From: Styela clava
Lineage: Eukaryota
Length of the DNA: 64,000 nucleotides
NCBI RefSeq assembly: GCF_964204865.1
Contig: NC_135254.1
Span: 15,748,001 to 15,812,000, forward strand
Reading direction: 5' to 3'
A model generated the notes under the pieces. The model did not search any database. It saw nothing but the letters and a program-made list of their open reading frames with translations, and was not told the origin of the DNA. The translations under genes and the position numbers were made by a program. Below are positions 1 through 12,600 of the stretch, piece after piece. How positions within the stretch are numbered: position 1 is the stretch's first letter; each line of letters begins with the position of its first letter.

Positions 1-2494
1 CACACATAAACTAGATTTTGAACATGGATTTCTAGAACTAATGGAATATTTTACTTGTTTCGAAATTTATTTATATTCGATATTTTGAATTTTTATTACT
101 TATAATTCAAATGATGTTTTACATTCATAAATTCCAGTTTTATTACTTTCGCTTTATTAACGCCTTCAGAGGAGTAATTCATTTGAATTTGGCCTTGGGT
201 GATCTATGAGTGATAATTATGAAAATATTTTTTTTGTCTGTAAAAAAATGACCAAAATTTTCAACTTTCATTTAACTTATCACACAAGTGCAGTAAGACA
301 AAATTAATGACATTCCATTCACTGGCAAATGACCAAGGCAATGGGCATTGCTTTGTTAACATTTAAAACCAGCCAGACTATATTGATCCTGACAGTAAAA
401 GCAAGTCAAAATAACGCTCGAAAAATTGATCAGATCATTCAGCAGGTTGACAGCCAAAATCCTTTTCTGTTTTAAATAACGCAAAGACATTTATATAAAT
501 CGTTGGATGGAATATGTGACAAGCTCTCAATCATTTTAATGACTGAAAATTTACTAAGTCAAGAATAATAGGACCAATGGAAATTGCCGTAAACACTTTG
601 CAAGGGCAATAGCATTAAAATGAGTTACTAGTAGTCAACAATATACAGAGTGACCATAAAGTCCCTTTACAATTTCAATTTTGTTTTGAAGTCAGTTCCC
701 AATATACCTTAACCAGTTGTTTTTTTTAATCAGTAATTGTAATTTTTTTTAGGTCTTTATGGACAACTAATATAAAGCTTTTCAAAACATTGACATTAAC
801 ACTCTCCTAAAATGTGGCTTACAAGCTCAAAGGACAGCTAAATTAAAGAATTTTCTACATTTACTGTTTACAGTAATATTGGGCATTACATAATGATTCA
901 TTAATTCCGATAAGAGCCATCGAAAAAGCCTTGAACGACTTGTTGACGCCAATACTGTTTGCTCAAATTTACAACAGGTCATTTTATAAGGCATGTTCAA
1001 ATATTTTCTACATTACCACCAAACTGAACTGATCAAATATTTGTGACGGTTGCGGAATTTGAATCATTATCTTAAAATTGTGTGAGAAATACATCTTTTG
1101 AAGATCAATCTAGGTAAAATTGGTATTTAAAATCTATTCACTTATTATTAAACTTCAAGAATTTTGATGGTACCATACAAATGTTTTTAGTGTAAATATG
1201 GATGATTTTTGATTAAGTTAGTCAAAAAGCTACCACAGAAACAATTTTGTGAAATCTCTCAAGTATCGAAGGATTTAATCTAACTGGGCGAAACTTGAAA
1301 AAGCTGTTTTGAGATATTTGACATATTTTGAATTTTTGAACTGATTTCTCATTAAAATAATTCTGTAAATATTGCTTAGAACTATGATAAGATAAACAGC
1401 ATAAATAGAACCTTTTTTTGTAATATTTTCCAAAATAACAATTTCAACATTCGTCTTGAAATTCGTTATAATAAAGATAGAAAAAGAAAAGCAGACTAAC
1501 AGTACAGTAACACACTTATCTAAAATTATCTCCTATACATTTGACATTACATGTTGACATGTAATATTAATGTGCAATGATAGTCGAAAATATTGCAAAA
1601 TCACACAAAAAATAATTAGAAGGTTGCAGGACATGAATAACTATCAAAATCCAATGGATGTCTCGTTTCAAACGGGTTCGTATATCAGTATATTATGGCT
1701 AATTTTGGAATACTGATTTAGATTAAACAATGAGCAAACGCTAATACATAACCTAGCAGTAAGATTTGTTTACTGAGAGTCTCGTTCAATATGATTCATG
1801 TTGGGTTTCCTGCCTTTAAGTGAGCAGTTACATAAGGTTAATAATCAACATTCTACCACAAACCAGAACAAGATACCAATGGTAATTTCGTTGCTATTCC
1901 TTTTAGAATTTTCGTTCAAGATCGCACTTAACCTAGCTCGTTCTGTACATAATGAACTTATTGCTCTATGATGGTAAACCAACACATTAGGATGAAAGTG
2001 ATAAACTGTATACCACAGAACATAAAACATATATAAATTTTTAGGTCTCCGGTATGACGCAAGTACATCTCCCATATTTATTATAAATTTGTTATTTTTA
2101 AAAACAAGTTTAAGCTGCCAATGGACGACTTTCGTGCACAAGAACAATTACTGGACTTCGATCAGTTCTTATCAATATATCTTTTATTAATGCAACAACC
2201 TCACTTTTTAACAGATATTTAATAATTCTTTTTAACATTTTTTGCTTGTGAAAAAGTCAGTATGACACTGACATGTTAGCATTGGTTAAATACAGGTATA
2301 ATAATTATCCCTTTGACTACCGTTTATTTAACACTTGAACTCCTGTCCGTTTGTGTTCAATTTTAAGTTTCAGTAACCAAGGACGATTTGCACAAAAGTT
2401 ATATTCTCTCTAGAATATGTTCGGAATGGATTATGTTTTTTTCTTGGGTCCTGTAATTCCAATTATTGCACAGGTACCAGTTTGAATAACTTAC

Positions 2495-2630
2495 CTAGAT
2501 AATTCTTCAGTATCTGGAAGATATTTGCTTGTAATTTCAGTGAGAATACCAAATAATTGATGTTCGTGAATACATAGAGCTGCCAACAGAATAATCTCAG
2601 CCCATGTAGTGCTCAGCAAAGTGGTGTGAT
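2495..2630 (-). CDS. NR6A1: GCNF LBD helix-5 exon (DHTTLLSTTWAEIILLAALC...EELS); later exons not found in the window
   Basis: Resembles GCNF DYTCLLSSTWQELILL; TTTCAACAG acceptor, AG|GTAAGT donor; phase-consistent. Confidence 0.94.
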
Positions 2631-2922
2631 CTGTTGAAATTTAGAAAGAAATGAAAACACGACCAAATCAAAGAAAATTATTGAACGAGTGGCATAAGAT
2701 ACCATTTTCAACATTGCAAACAAGGCTTTCAACATTAAAATACAAAAAATGAAAGAAATTGAATCGAGAAATTGACTTTTCTAACGTCTCAAGCTTTCAT
2801 TGAAATACTTTGGTACAATAATACTACAAAAGGCTACAGATGACTGGGCCACACAAACGACTTAAAATGGTATAAAACAATAAATTAAGATACTTTTTAA
2901 ATAACAACAAAGAAAAACTTAC

Positions 2923-3025
2923 CCTTGATGGAAATTGAGTCGAAAAATGGTAATTTCTTTACCCACACAATTTGTCTGTAGAGCATCTCATCGGCGATTG
3001 TGCACAGGCAACTGAACAGATCATC
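2923..3025 (-). CDS. NR6A1: GCNF LBD helix-3/4 exon (DDLFSCLCTIADEMLYRQIVWVKKLPFFDSISIK)
   Basis: Matches the GCNF LBD signature (ADELLFRQIAWIKKLPFF); TTTAG acceptor and GTAAGT donor. Confidence 0.96.
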
Positions 3026-3408
3026 CTAAATTCCAAAATTTTTATTTATGAAATTTCCTACGAAAGACTCATGACTTTAATGCAATTGGAAATATTCTAC
3101 GAGCTAACTTTATTCAGTGTTATATGTTCACGGTTTTCTCAAACTTGGTCAGTGGGGCCTCGGAACGATTCATTGGGGGCCCAATGAGAAAAGACTTTTA
3201 ACAAGTTAGAATTCACAATATCTGCATTAATTTGAGGTCAATTTCATACGATTATTTCAATACTTTCAATGTAATGAATTTATTCTTTATATCAGATAAC
3301 CACAAGGAGTCTTTTGAAAAAAAAACATGAATCATGGAAATATGAGAACCATTGGTGAATCTTATATATACAAAACCCATCAAGTCCAGTAATTGAAATT
3401 TAACAAAC

Positions 3409-3538
3409 CTTGTTTATCTGTGATGTTATCAGTAATTTGCATTGAGATAAAGACACGAGATCAGAATCATCTTCTGCCTTCAATAATTGTTCGACCAGTG
3501 CACCGCTGCTCATTTCAGAAGCTGATTCTGGTGAATGT
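3409..3538 (-). CDS. NR6A1: GCNF LBD helix-1 exon (HSPESASEMSSGALVEQLLKAEDD...QINK)
   Basis: LVEQLLKAE helix-1 motif; pyrimidine-rich acceptor CTCTCGTAG; AAG|GTTTGT donor; phase-consistent. Confidence 0.9.
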
Positions 3539-4124
3539 CTACGAGAGATGAAAAAAAACATGTTTGAATACATTTCTGAAATCATTTTCAAAATGAGTGA
3601 AATTAGAATCTGTTGCTCTGTTAGTGTTAATAAAAAGTTCCAAATGACAAAATATTATTTTTTGTCAAAAGTTCAATGATTATTTTTCAGTTATCAAAAC
3701 ATCATAAGCATGTACAGAAGGACCCAAAAAAACAGAACCCAGGTCATTTGTAACTTATTGTAGAGGGAAAATAACTTTTGTGCAAAGTGTCCTAGATTAT
3801 TAAACTTATGGGTACAATCATACACAAAATTTCCCTCATTTTCGCGGAATTATAAAAATTATAGATTCTGAACATTTGGCTCACCAATTCTTTCACCTAT
3901 TTATGCACATGAATGTCTTTGCATATGATTTCAACAAAAAGGAAATTGGCTGTCAACCTGCTGACTGAATGATCTGATCAATAAAACAAGCAAGCCACTT
4001 CACTGTCGAAATCATTTGTGTTTAATACTTATTTTCAATGCGGTAAAAATCAAACTTTTGCCACAGCAAGTAAAAATTCTCAAAATGCAATTTACTCCAT
4101 GTAATATAATAGAACTGTACTTAC

Positions 4125-4199
4125 AGCCTCTGATTATGCCCGGCCAAATAAGGATTGTACTGAGATGCCTGGTTGCCAAATTGATAGGATTCATGTTCA
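4125..4199 (-). CDS. NR6A1: GCNF hinge exon (EHESYQFGNQASQYNPYLAGHNQR)
   Basis: TTTTTACAG acceptor and GTAAGT donor; 75 nt, phase 2 to phase 2, open in the required frame. Confidence 0.85.
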
Positions 4200-4368
4200 C
4201 TGTAAAAAAAAAAATATAAATTTATTGAAGACACAAAGTTGAGTGTCAAAGTTTATATGAAATCAGTAACTTTTCATCATTATCTATTTGGAACTGTTCT
4301 TACACCCCTTAGTTAGGAATTCCCTAGTTTAATAAAAGAAATAAGAAACATTTGAGTATCACCCTCAC

Positions 4369-4619
4369 CTTGTTGGGAACTGTGAGCTTAGTATTGAGGT
4401 AGCTGTGATTGAATTTTGGAAGTTGTTTGTTTGGGATGGAAGAGATGAGATAGAAGGAGATAAATTATTTGAGGTATTGTAGAACGAAATAAATGGATTC
4501 ATGGAAGATCCAGGCGAGAGGTTATTCATATTTCCATCGAGTCCCATGTGATTCTCTCTTAGACCATCTTCTTCAAATTCTTTTCCCGACATAATTCGTT
4601 CAATTTCTTCATCTGATAT
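4369..4619 (-). CDS. NR6A1: GCNF hinge exon (ISDEEIERIMSGKEFEEDG...)
   Basis: Resembles vertebrate ISEEEIERIMSGQEFEEE; TTTTTTCCAG acceptor, AG|GTGAGG donor; 251 nt, ends in phase 2. Confidence 0.95.
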
Positions 4620-4694
4620 CTGGAAAAAAATAATTCAACAATATTAAGCGCAAGGTAGACAAGTAGTAGTAGTTATTAAATCTTTAAGATCTAA

Positions 4695-4860
4695 CTGTGG
4701 TGACGTTGAGGGTTCGAATCTTGGGTTCAAATCCTTTGTCCACCACCTAACCCAGGGTGTAATAAATTGGGTAGGCAATGAATGCTGAAACAAAAAGAAT
4801 TCAGTCCCTATAAGTGGCTGCTTATGCAGAGCATTGTTCGAAGCAAAAGAACAGGTTACA
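4695..4860 (+). mobile_element. Degenerate tRNA-derived SINE-like repeat (family B), approximate boundaries
   Basis: B-box GGTTCAAATCC followed by CCCAGGGTGTAATAAATTGGGTAGG; the same block occurs inverted at about 59545-59605 and degenerate at about 61230-61260. Confidence 0.55.
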
Positions 4861-5282
4861 GATTAAAAATATCAAGCAGAATTGTCAACTATATCCTGAA
4901 ATTGATACCAGTCCATATATAGTATTTGTGAAAATAAAATGCAATTTTAAAATGATATAATACCAATAACACTATTACTATCTATAATAATACTAATATT
5001 GTTATATAGAAGCAAGTAAGCAACAGTGATAAATGACACAAAAACCATATATATTACACTTTGTTATCCTACCTAAAGTATAGAATGACATCTAAATAAG
5101 GTAAGATTCAAATAGGATTGCCTTGAGTCATGCCGAATTAGTGCAGTCATATCCATCCATATTTCATTCCAAAAACTGGCATAAAAAATGTCAGTAAAGT
5201 TACACAACTTTTTGGTGTAAAGTTGTGATTTGAACAAGACATTTCATAGGATAAATTAATATTATAAATAGATTGTTTTTAC

Positions 5283-5338
5283 CTGTACTGGACCAATGCT
5301 TTTATTTCGACCACCTGGCATTCCATCTTCCCGAATTG
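5283..5338 (-). CDS. NR6A1: GCNF C-terminal extension exon (AIREDGMPGGRNKSIGPVQ)
   Basis: Diagnostic GCNF peptide; TACAG acceptor and CAG|GTAAAA donor; 56 nt restores phase 0. Confidence 0.97.
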
Positions 5339-5856
5339 CTGTAATCAAAATAGAAAGTGGGTTGATGAAATAATATGGTACACTTAGATACAAAACAATA
5401 TTAGAATGTAATTGAGCCAAACTCATGAAAATTGAAAAATGAATTGAGAAAATGAAAAAAAAACTTTTTTTATTGAAATATTTGGTGAATATGGCTTCGG
5501 ACTTTAATTAAAACCGGCTCAAAAAAAGTTTTTCTTTGTAATTTTTTCAATGAAATTTTTTATTCTATTTCAGCATTTATACTTTTGTCTCTTGAAACCC
5601 TCAATATTAGACATTGGAAGGCTCAAAAATGTGTGGAACCACGAAATAAGCGTAGTATGGCAGAAAATCTCAGTAGTGAAGTAAGTTTCATATGTGCAGT
5701 CTTGCATGGCTAGATCCCCAAAATTAAACAGCCAGAATTTTCACACTTACCTTACTATATACTACTATTATGCCGAATACATTTTTCTATTTTGAAAGAT
5801 CTAAACAACTTCACAGCCAGAAGAGGTTATGATTATTACGCCAAAAAAAAAATTAC

Positions 5857-6087
5857 CTTTTCTATTCATTCCCATTTGTAGACATTTCAGGAGCCTACAA
5901 AATTGACATCTATTTCTTTGTTTTCTTGACATAACACAATTTTTATTTCTGGTGCAGCGATACACTCTTTTGTTGCATATACTACGTTTGAAGAAACCTT
6001 TGCAGCCCTCACATGATATGATTCCGTAGTGGAGACCAGTTGCACGATCACCGCAAATAAGGCAACTTTTGGCTTCTTTGCCATCTT
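5857..6087 (-). CDS. NR6A1: GCNF DNA-binding domain exon (both C4 zinc fingers)
   Basis: Hand translation gives (E)[76 protein letters not shown], the NR6A1-type DBD. Flanked by TTTTCTACTCCAG and GTAATT. Confidence 0.97.
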
Positions 6088-6328
6088 CTGGAGTAGAAAA
6101 AAAAAATTTAATAGTGTATATTCAATATTTTGAAACTCTACTACCAAAAATCACTGATGCATGACTGGGCAGAATAATGTAATCTTACTAATACTAAATT
6201 GTATATTCTGCACTTACATTCTAGGAAGTAGTTGAGATTGATACATAAGAGAACCTGTTATTAAATTTTTGAACCCAACAGTGTTTCTAACTGCGTGCAA
6301 TGTAAAATCATATTCAATAAAATCAAAC

Positions 6329-6626
6329 CTTTAGTAACAAAAGGCATTTGATCTTCGATCTTAAAGTTGTTTTGCATAGTAGACTTGGCCAGATTAAATA
6401 GATTTGCATTTGGAAAAAGGTTTGGAGGCATAAGCGAAGCACCAGGAGAGAAGTCATCTCTCATGTGAGCGACAGGGGAACTTTGAAAGAGTGGAGACAT
6501 CGAGAACTGGCTCGAGGGAGGTGACAGTGATGACATCATTCCACCCATCCCAATAGCCCTGGCATGGTCCATTAAAGACATGCCACTGACGTTCTCGAAA
6601 CGACGTAACGACAAGTCCAAACTCAT
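6329..6626 (-). CDS. NR6A1: GCNF/NR6A1 proximal first coding exon (N-terminal A/B region, MSLDLSLRR...PFVTK)
   Basis: ORF 6261..6626 with AAAAATG start context. Donor AAAG|GTTTGA at 6328 gives 298 nt (phase 1), which joins the DBD exon in frame. An upstream acceptor TTTCAG| at 6687 implies a spliced 5' UTR. Confidence 0.8.
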
Positions 6627-9600
6627 TTTTCTAATGGAATGCTTTTTCTACTGTGATTAAACTATTTTATATAAATACAAAAATGTCTGAAAATTAGAGA
6701 AAAAATTCATTAACTATAGTAAAATAGGCTGCCAATGAACTATAAACTTCATAGAAATAGTCAGATCTAATCTCACATACTTGAAATAATTTTTAATATA
6801 ATAAAAGTGATATAATTCTGTTCAGTTTTAATGCATTGCGCATTTTGTGTTAATTGAGTAAGATCATTACTGATATTAAAATACCATCCCTAAATGAGGG
6901 TGTCGTAACTGGTAATGTACTATAGTAGACCAAAATACACTACTTCCCACCAGTATTATACAAGACCAACCACCATATAAATACGCACTATTATATATTT
7001 ATCACCTGCACTTGTATATAAACATTATCTTCCTAAAAATTAACTTCGACTTATGCAACATTCAATATACAGTATTATACTAGTCTCTCAACAGAACTGA
7101 TGAGTATGTACTATAAAACGTAAGCCACTACGCATGTTCATGTCCGCATACCCTAATACACACAGTACTATGTGTATTCAAGCTATCTACACGAAACGGC
7201 AAAACTTTCCGACTTTTATTAACTACATGCGCTGAATACAGGATGATAAAATCAAGGCGGCATATCAACTGACACGCTACCGTTATAACAAGATTCAAAG
7301 GAATCAAAAACAAAGGCCGTGCCTTTGGACTAAAAACGATGACTAAACACTGTTGACGCGACCCTTTTTCATATCAATTAAGACAATTTCCATGAAAAGA
7401 ACGTCTTTACCGGAATAACAGACGCGTTTTATTGTTAATGATAATTATGAAAGCGCCTCGGTAATGAAATACCTGCCACAGTCTTGTAGTCGGACCGCGA
7501 ACAATCAACAGTAATTAACGATCGAGCGAATCTGTAGAATCCCATCTAGGTAAACACAAAGGTGATGGTTACAGGTACCGTTTACTGTTCATTGTTGAAC
7601 CGTATTAATTTTGATCGTCGCCTTTTTATCTATTCACCTGGCATTGTTCATGACGACGACGGCTTTCATAAGCAGCGACGAACAGCGCTAATTTTAATCT
7701 AATTTAAGTCCATTACTGATTGGAGCCGTGGGAACGCCGAAGGCTGTTTGGGGTTTGACAAATTTCTCGGAACATTACGTCAACGTTATCGCAAGGAATC
7801 CCATTCACGGAACATATTCTCCGACCTTCAGTCTCCATCAATTAGGAAAGATCAATTGAATATTGGATAACTAGACGCTATAGATATAGTGGTTCAGTAT
7901 TATTTTCATCAAAGCATTCATCGTGGTTGATATTTAATAATATTGAAATTAGGACAATACAACGAATGGTGACATGAAACTACGGAAATAGTCTTATGGC
8001 GACTGTTTCAAATGTATCGCCACACCGCAAGGATAGCTTCGTCAACTGACATAACGGGTGACGAACGTTGTGCATATAAATTCCTAGAAGTAGGTAGGCG
8101 TTTTTACAATTTAACTAATGCCATTTAAAAGCTCGAACATTTCACTTTCGAGATTTACACCACGGACTGAACAATCCAAGTTCAAACCATATTTTCGCAG
8201 ACGACGAAACAGTTTCACTCATTCTCAAAGGGGAACGAAAAATGGACCTAAGCTACCGGCATATTGAACCGGTAGTCAAGCTTCCGAATTCCGATTAACT
8301 CATAAACCTCTTCACACACGTCCATACGCCACGACGACAATTGCGCACTGTGTAGAAATGGGTCGTTTGCGGACGACTACTAGGATGAGCAACAAACCTG
8401 GCGGAAATCCACGTACCTAAACCTTCGTTATCTCGAATGAAATCAAATTTTCATTTCTATTATATTCAAGATAGTTGCGCAATGAATTGCATTACCTGTA
8501 TTCCAAGCTTTCATAAATACATAAGGTTTAATAAGGCCAAATGAAACGCTTCCTCCGATAGCCTTGTACCGCGAACGGTATATTGTTCTTAGTAAATGGC
8601 CGGTAACCATTAATGAAATCACCGGTAGTCTATTCGTTGATATTACCTTGCATGACAATTGGAATCCGGTGATAAATTAGATACAAATGCAAGTTGTGCC
8701 AATCGTGTGCTATAAAAAATCCGACGGTAAAAGACAATTTATATTTCAAGATCTGGCTTGGCAGTAATGCTAACATACAGCGAATCCTAATGAATGCGTT
8801 GCACGCATCGCGTTCAGGGCAAATGACAATTAACCTTACTCACTTATCAAATTCTAAACTGAATAAAAACGTGGGTTACTGCGATTTGCGACTGACAAGG
8901 AAGCGCAGTGCAAACTACCTATCTGGACACCGCCAATAATCAATTACTATTTCTTTTATGCGTGAATTCTATTTTTCTATTTCAGAATGACAGATAGATA
9001 GATACACTGTAATAAAATAAACTAATTTTAAATAAGGAGAAAACGAAAATATACGAGGAGAGCGCAAAATAACTTCACACCTTACTCGCGATATCATTCA
9101 AATGTTAAATTTCCGAATTTCTAATCAAGCAATGTTAAATCATATTCGGAATAGTAGATACATATATGGAAGATATTTGATTTACACGATATTTGTGTAA
9201 TTTTACAACATTCTTATTAGTGGAGTTGTTTGTTGGTCGATGGCCGGTTGGGCGTATTTACACACGGCTGCCCGGTAAACAACGCTGTCCGCTTATCATC
9301 ACTAATTCATATAAAGACTCGGTGAAGATCGCTAACGAACAACAATACACATTTATACATACTGGTCATTGAAATGCGAATTCTACCATTATTATTAAAA
9401 AGTAAATGAGAATCGCCCCGCAGTGTTACACAGCTTATGATAAATTGATAAAAAAAAATCGGCAAATGAAATGCATTTCCAAATCATCGCAACCGAATTC
9501 TATAAAAACCCGTCAGAATATGGTGTTTCGGGGATAAAACATATTATAACTGTTTCAATGTCCCACATTCGTATGGACTTGTAAACGCAAGAATATTTAA

Positions 9601-12600
9601 CCATGAACACATCTCGACTCAATTTTGCAGTTGCTATTTTGAAAAACGCAAAGTCATGTATGTTTGCGAACAACCTTCCTAATCAATCGGGTATCGTGGT
9701 ACATCAGAGCGGCCGCGTACAATAAACAACACGCATAGGTGTATTTGAGGATATTAAAATCTGGGCTATTCATAGCGTAAACCTGAATGCAAAGCGAGGA
9801 TCAAAACGGTTCGCTTAGTAAAAGTAATATACAGCATATGATAACATTTAGACAAACGTAATTAACCCAAAGTTAGCTATATTTTCATGATTTTTTTTTC
9901 CGATAAAATTCAAACATTTCCTTCTGGATATAAATATTTTCGTTCGTCGAAAATTGTTACAAAATTTCCCATATACACTGGTGATTGAGTCTCGAACCCA
10001 TTTCATTTTTTTTTCTAAAAGGATATTGGAAATCCTTTTAAAAACGCCCTATCGTTCATAGTCCATATTACAAAGCAAAATCATAGCAGACCAATCATTA
10101 TTGAAGTTGCTACATTTCAGGCAACGAAACACACCATTAAGCAAAATTTGAAAAGGTTCGTCTTTTGTTCACGTATCGTAAAATCGACGTAAAAACAAAA
10201 TAGAATGTGCCAGAAGAAATAGAGTGTTGACTGTATGACCAACCTCCACGTTTTACAACCTTGTTTTTTCTTTAATATTTCAAAATAAAATGCCTATAAT
10301 AATTTTAATACCACAGTATAGTATAGCGTATTCGCCCGTTTCCAACTTTTATGGCAATTTGAGAATAAAAATAGCGTGGGCACAAACGACAATACTCTCG
10401 CTCTCATATATTTATAAACAGCAGGATGTCGACAATTTGGTCCGAATTTCTTCATTTAAACGCATAAATTTATATTCAACTTTTATTTTTAAGAAGTTCA
10501 GAAAAAGACAGTTGTGGGATTTAAAATTGGAAGTCAAGTGCACATACCAATCAGGTCCCTGTATGATAAATTTCACCTAGGAATCTTTTGACCGATTCAG
10601 TCGTAAGAGACGACTAAGTGCAATGTATACCGGGTACCAACACCAAGGTACTTCGGGTAAAATATGGTTTACATTCGGTACCGGTACAATTAGTGTAATC
10701 TGCCCCGATCTACAATATTAATATATTTGCTATTTGCTACTCCTAGATTTATAATTCATCTTGGCTAGCTATCGTTGAAGCTAGTAATATGTGTATAGGC
10801 TGGAGCTGTCAAATTTAACTGCCTGCCTCGTGTATATTTCGTTCCTGTGGGTTACATATTGCGTAAGTTCGCTGACCCGCCCGGAGACCGTATTGCTCTG
10901 AATGCAACTCTGAGTAGCCTATAACTCTTCCGAGAAATAACATAACAAAAAATAACATTCGGCGATTGCCTTCCAATGAAAAACAGTAGCCAACAACGAC
11001 CGCGAAAGCTGTGTTCGGTCGAGTCATATTTCTATTGAAATTTCGGTTTAGAATAGTAAAGTGACACCTACGCCAATACCAAACTAATTATAAAGAGCGA
11101 GCCAAAAGGAAATAACACAACAGTATCATTAGCGTATGTCAGGGCACGAATGCTTAATTATTTTTAATTACCAAAATTTGCAGAAAAAACTGTCAAAAAT
11201 GACCTACAGGTGGGTTCAAATGTGGGCCGCAGAAAATATACTCAAAACTTTTACCCGATAAACATACTTAACTCAAACGATAACTGGCTCAATAAAAATG
11301 AAATTAGATTTGCTGGAAACAAAAACGTTACAACGCTATGACAACTATAATCGCTATGCTTGTACGAGTGCGTAATCCCTTTACACTAGTTGATATTTCA
11401 TAGCAAATAATGCACATCTAAATCGCATGATAAATAACCTGTGTATCCAAAATTAGCCATACGACCCTGACTGACTTCAACGACAATGATATGTCACCGC
11501 AATTTGGTCATATCGAGTCGCTTACCTAGGTAAAATGTAAGCGAACGAAAGGTCGCGCGAGCGCACTTCGTCGAAAATGTGACCAAATATCCTAATTTTA
11601 AACGCGAACTTTATCAAATTTTTTCAGCGACACGCATAGGATTTGTAACTTGTATTTGTTACTTTTAAAGTTGGTAAACTGGCGGATTATGTATTGCCGT
11701 CGAGTTATTTTTAATCTAACGACTAAGGAAGTTGTATATCAATATATGATTTTACAATTTTAACTTTGGCCTAACGTAGCATGTAGATAGCAAGTATAAT
11801 TGATATAAGCGTTACGTCCATCCCATATATGGCCGATACAATTTTAACAGGGTCCAATAACCATGACAAAGGATCGTGATACATAGAAATAAGCAATATA
11901 ATAAATAAATACTATGGTCATTTTGGCCGTCATTCAACACGTGAATGACCAACGAGACGTGACGTCACACCAGAAAATGACGGGTGAAATGCGGTCGAGT
12001 CCAGTCATTCCATGATTGAAAATCATATCTCAAGTATACCCAAAGCTTGTGCTAGCCAAATTAACCGCTCTTTAGTAATACATGTTGGATATATAAAAGT
12101 AAAACCGATAAATTTGGATATCAAATCTCGACTAACTTCTGATAATAATCCATAACAATAATTTGATATACTTTTTTTTTTTCATAATTTATCATGACGT
12201 GATGAAAAATATTATTTCTACCATTTTCTCTATGATATCAAATAACATTACTTAAATGGGTATCTTGAGCAATTTCAGGAGATAATTCACTCGGAAAATG
12301 GGAAATTGTGAAATAATCATAACGTTGAAAGATTCACGAGTGACCAAATCCTTCTAACCTCGTCTGAAAACCTCTATTATATCTCATTTTACTTGTTAGG
12401 TGGAATACAGTTTCTTGATATATTTTTGCAAAGTTTCTCAGATCACAGAATTTTCAAATTATAAGTTTCGTAAAGATTTTTGGGGGCTCACAGACTTTTT
12501 GCGCCACGGACGTTTCGCAACAGACTACTCTGGCCACGAGGTGTCTGTAGCTTTGGAAGTTGTTTAATTAAAATTAAAATATACAATTACATATGAATTT

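Noticed and set aside
645-1060. Possible mariner remnant beginning TACAGAGTGACCATAAAGTCCC
   Set aside because: Only one TIR-like end was seen, with no matching end or recognisable transposase peptide.
1845-2147. 100-aa ORF as the next GCNF exon
   Set aside because: No similarity to the expected helix 7-9 sequence (EEYxCMKxINFLN); the remaining exons probably lie left of the window.
4395-4402. let-7 seed matches (CTACCTCA on the minus strand at 4395, 36199 and 55852)
   Set aside because: A few 8-mer hits are expected by chance in 64 kb, none is in a demonstrated 3' UTR, and there is no let-7 hairpin.
7050-7115. miR-181-like AACATTCA in the GCNF intron (the vertebrate NR6A1 intron hosts miR-181)
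   Set aside because: Only the seed region matches and the putative hairpin needs a large bulge.
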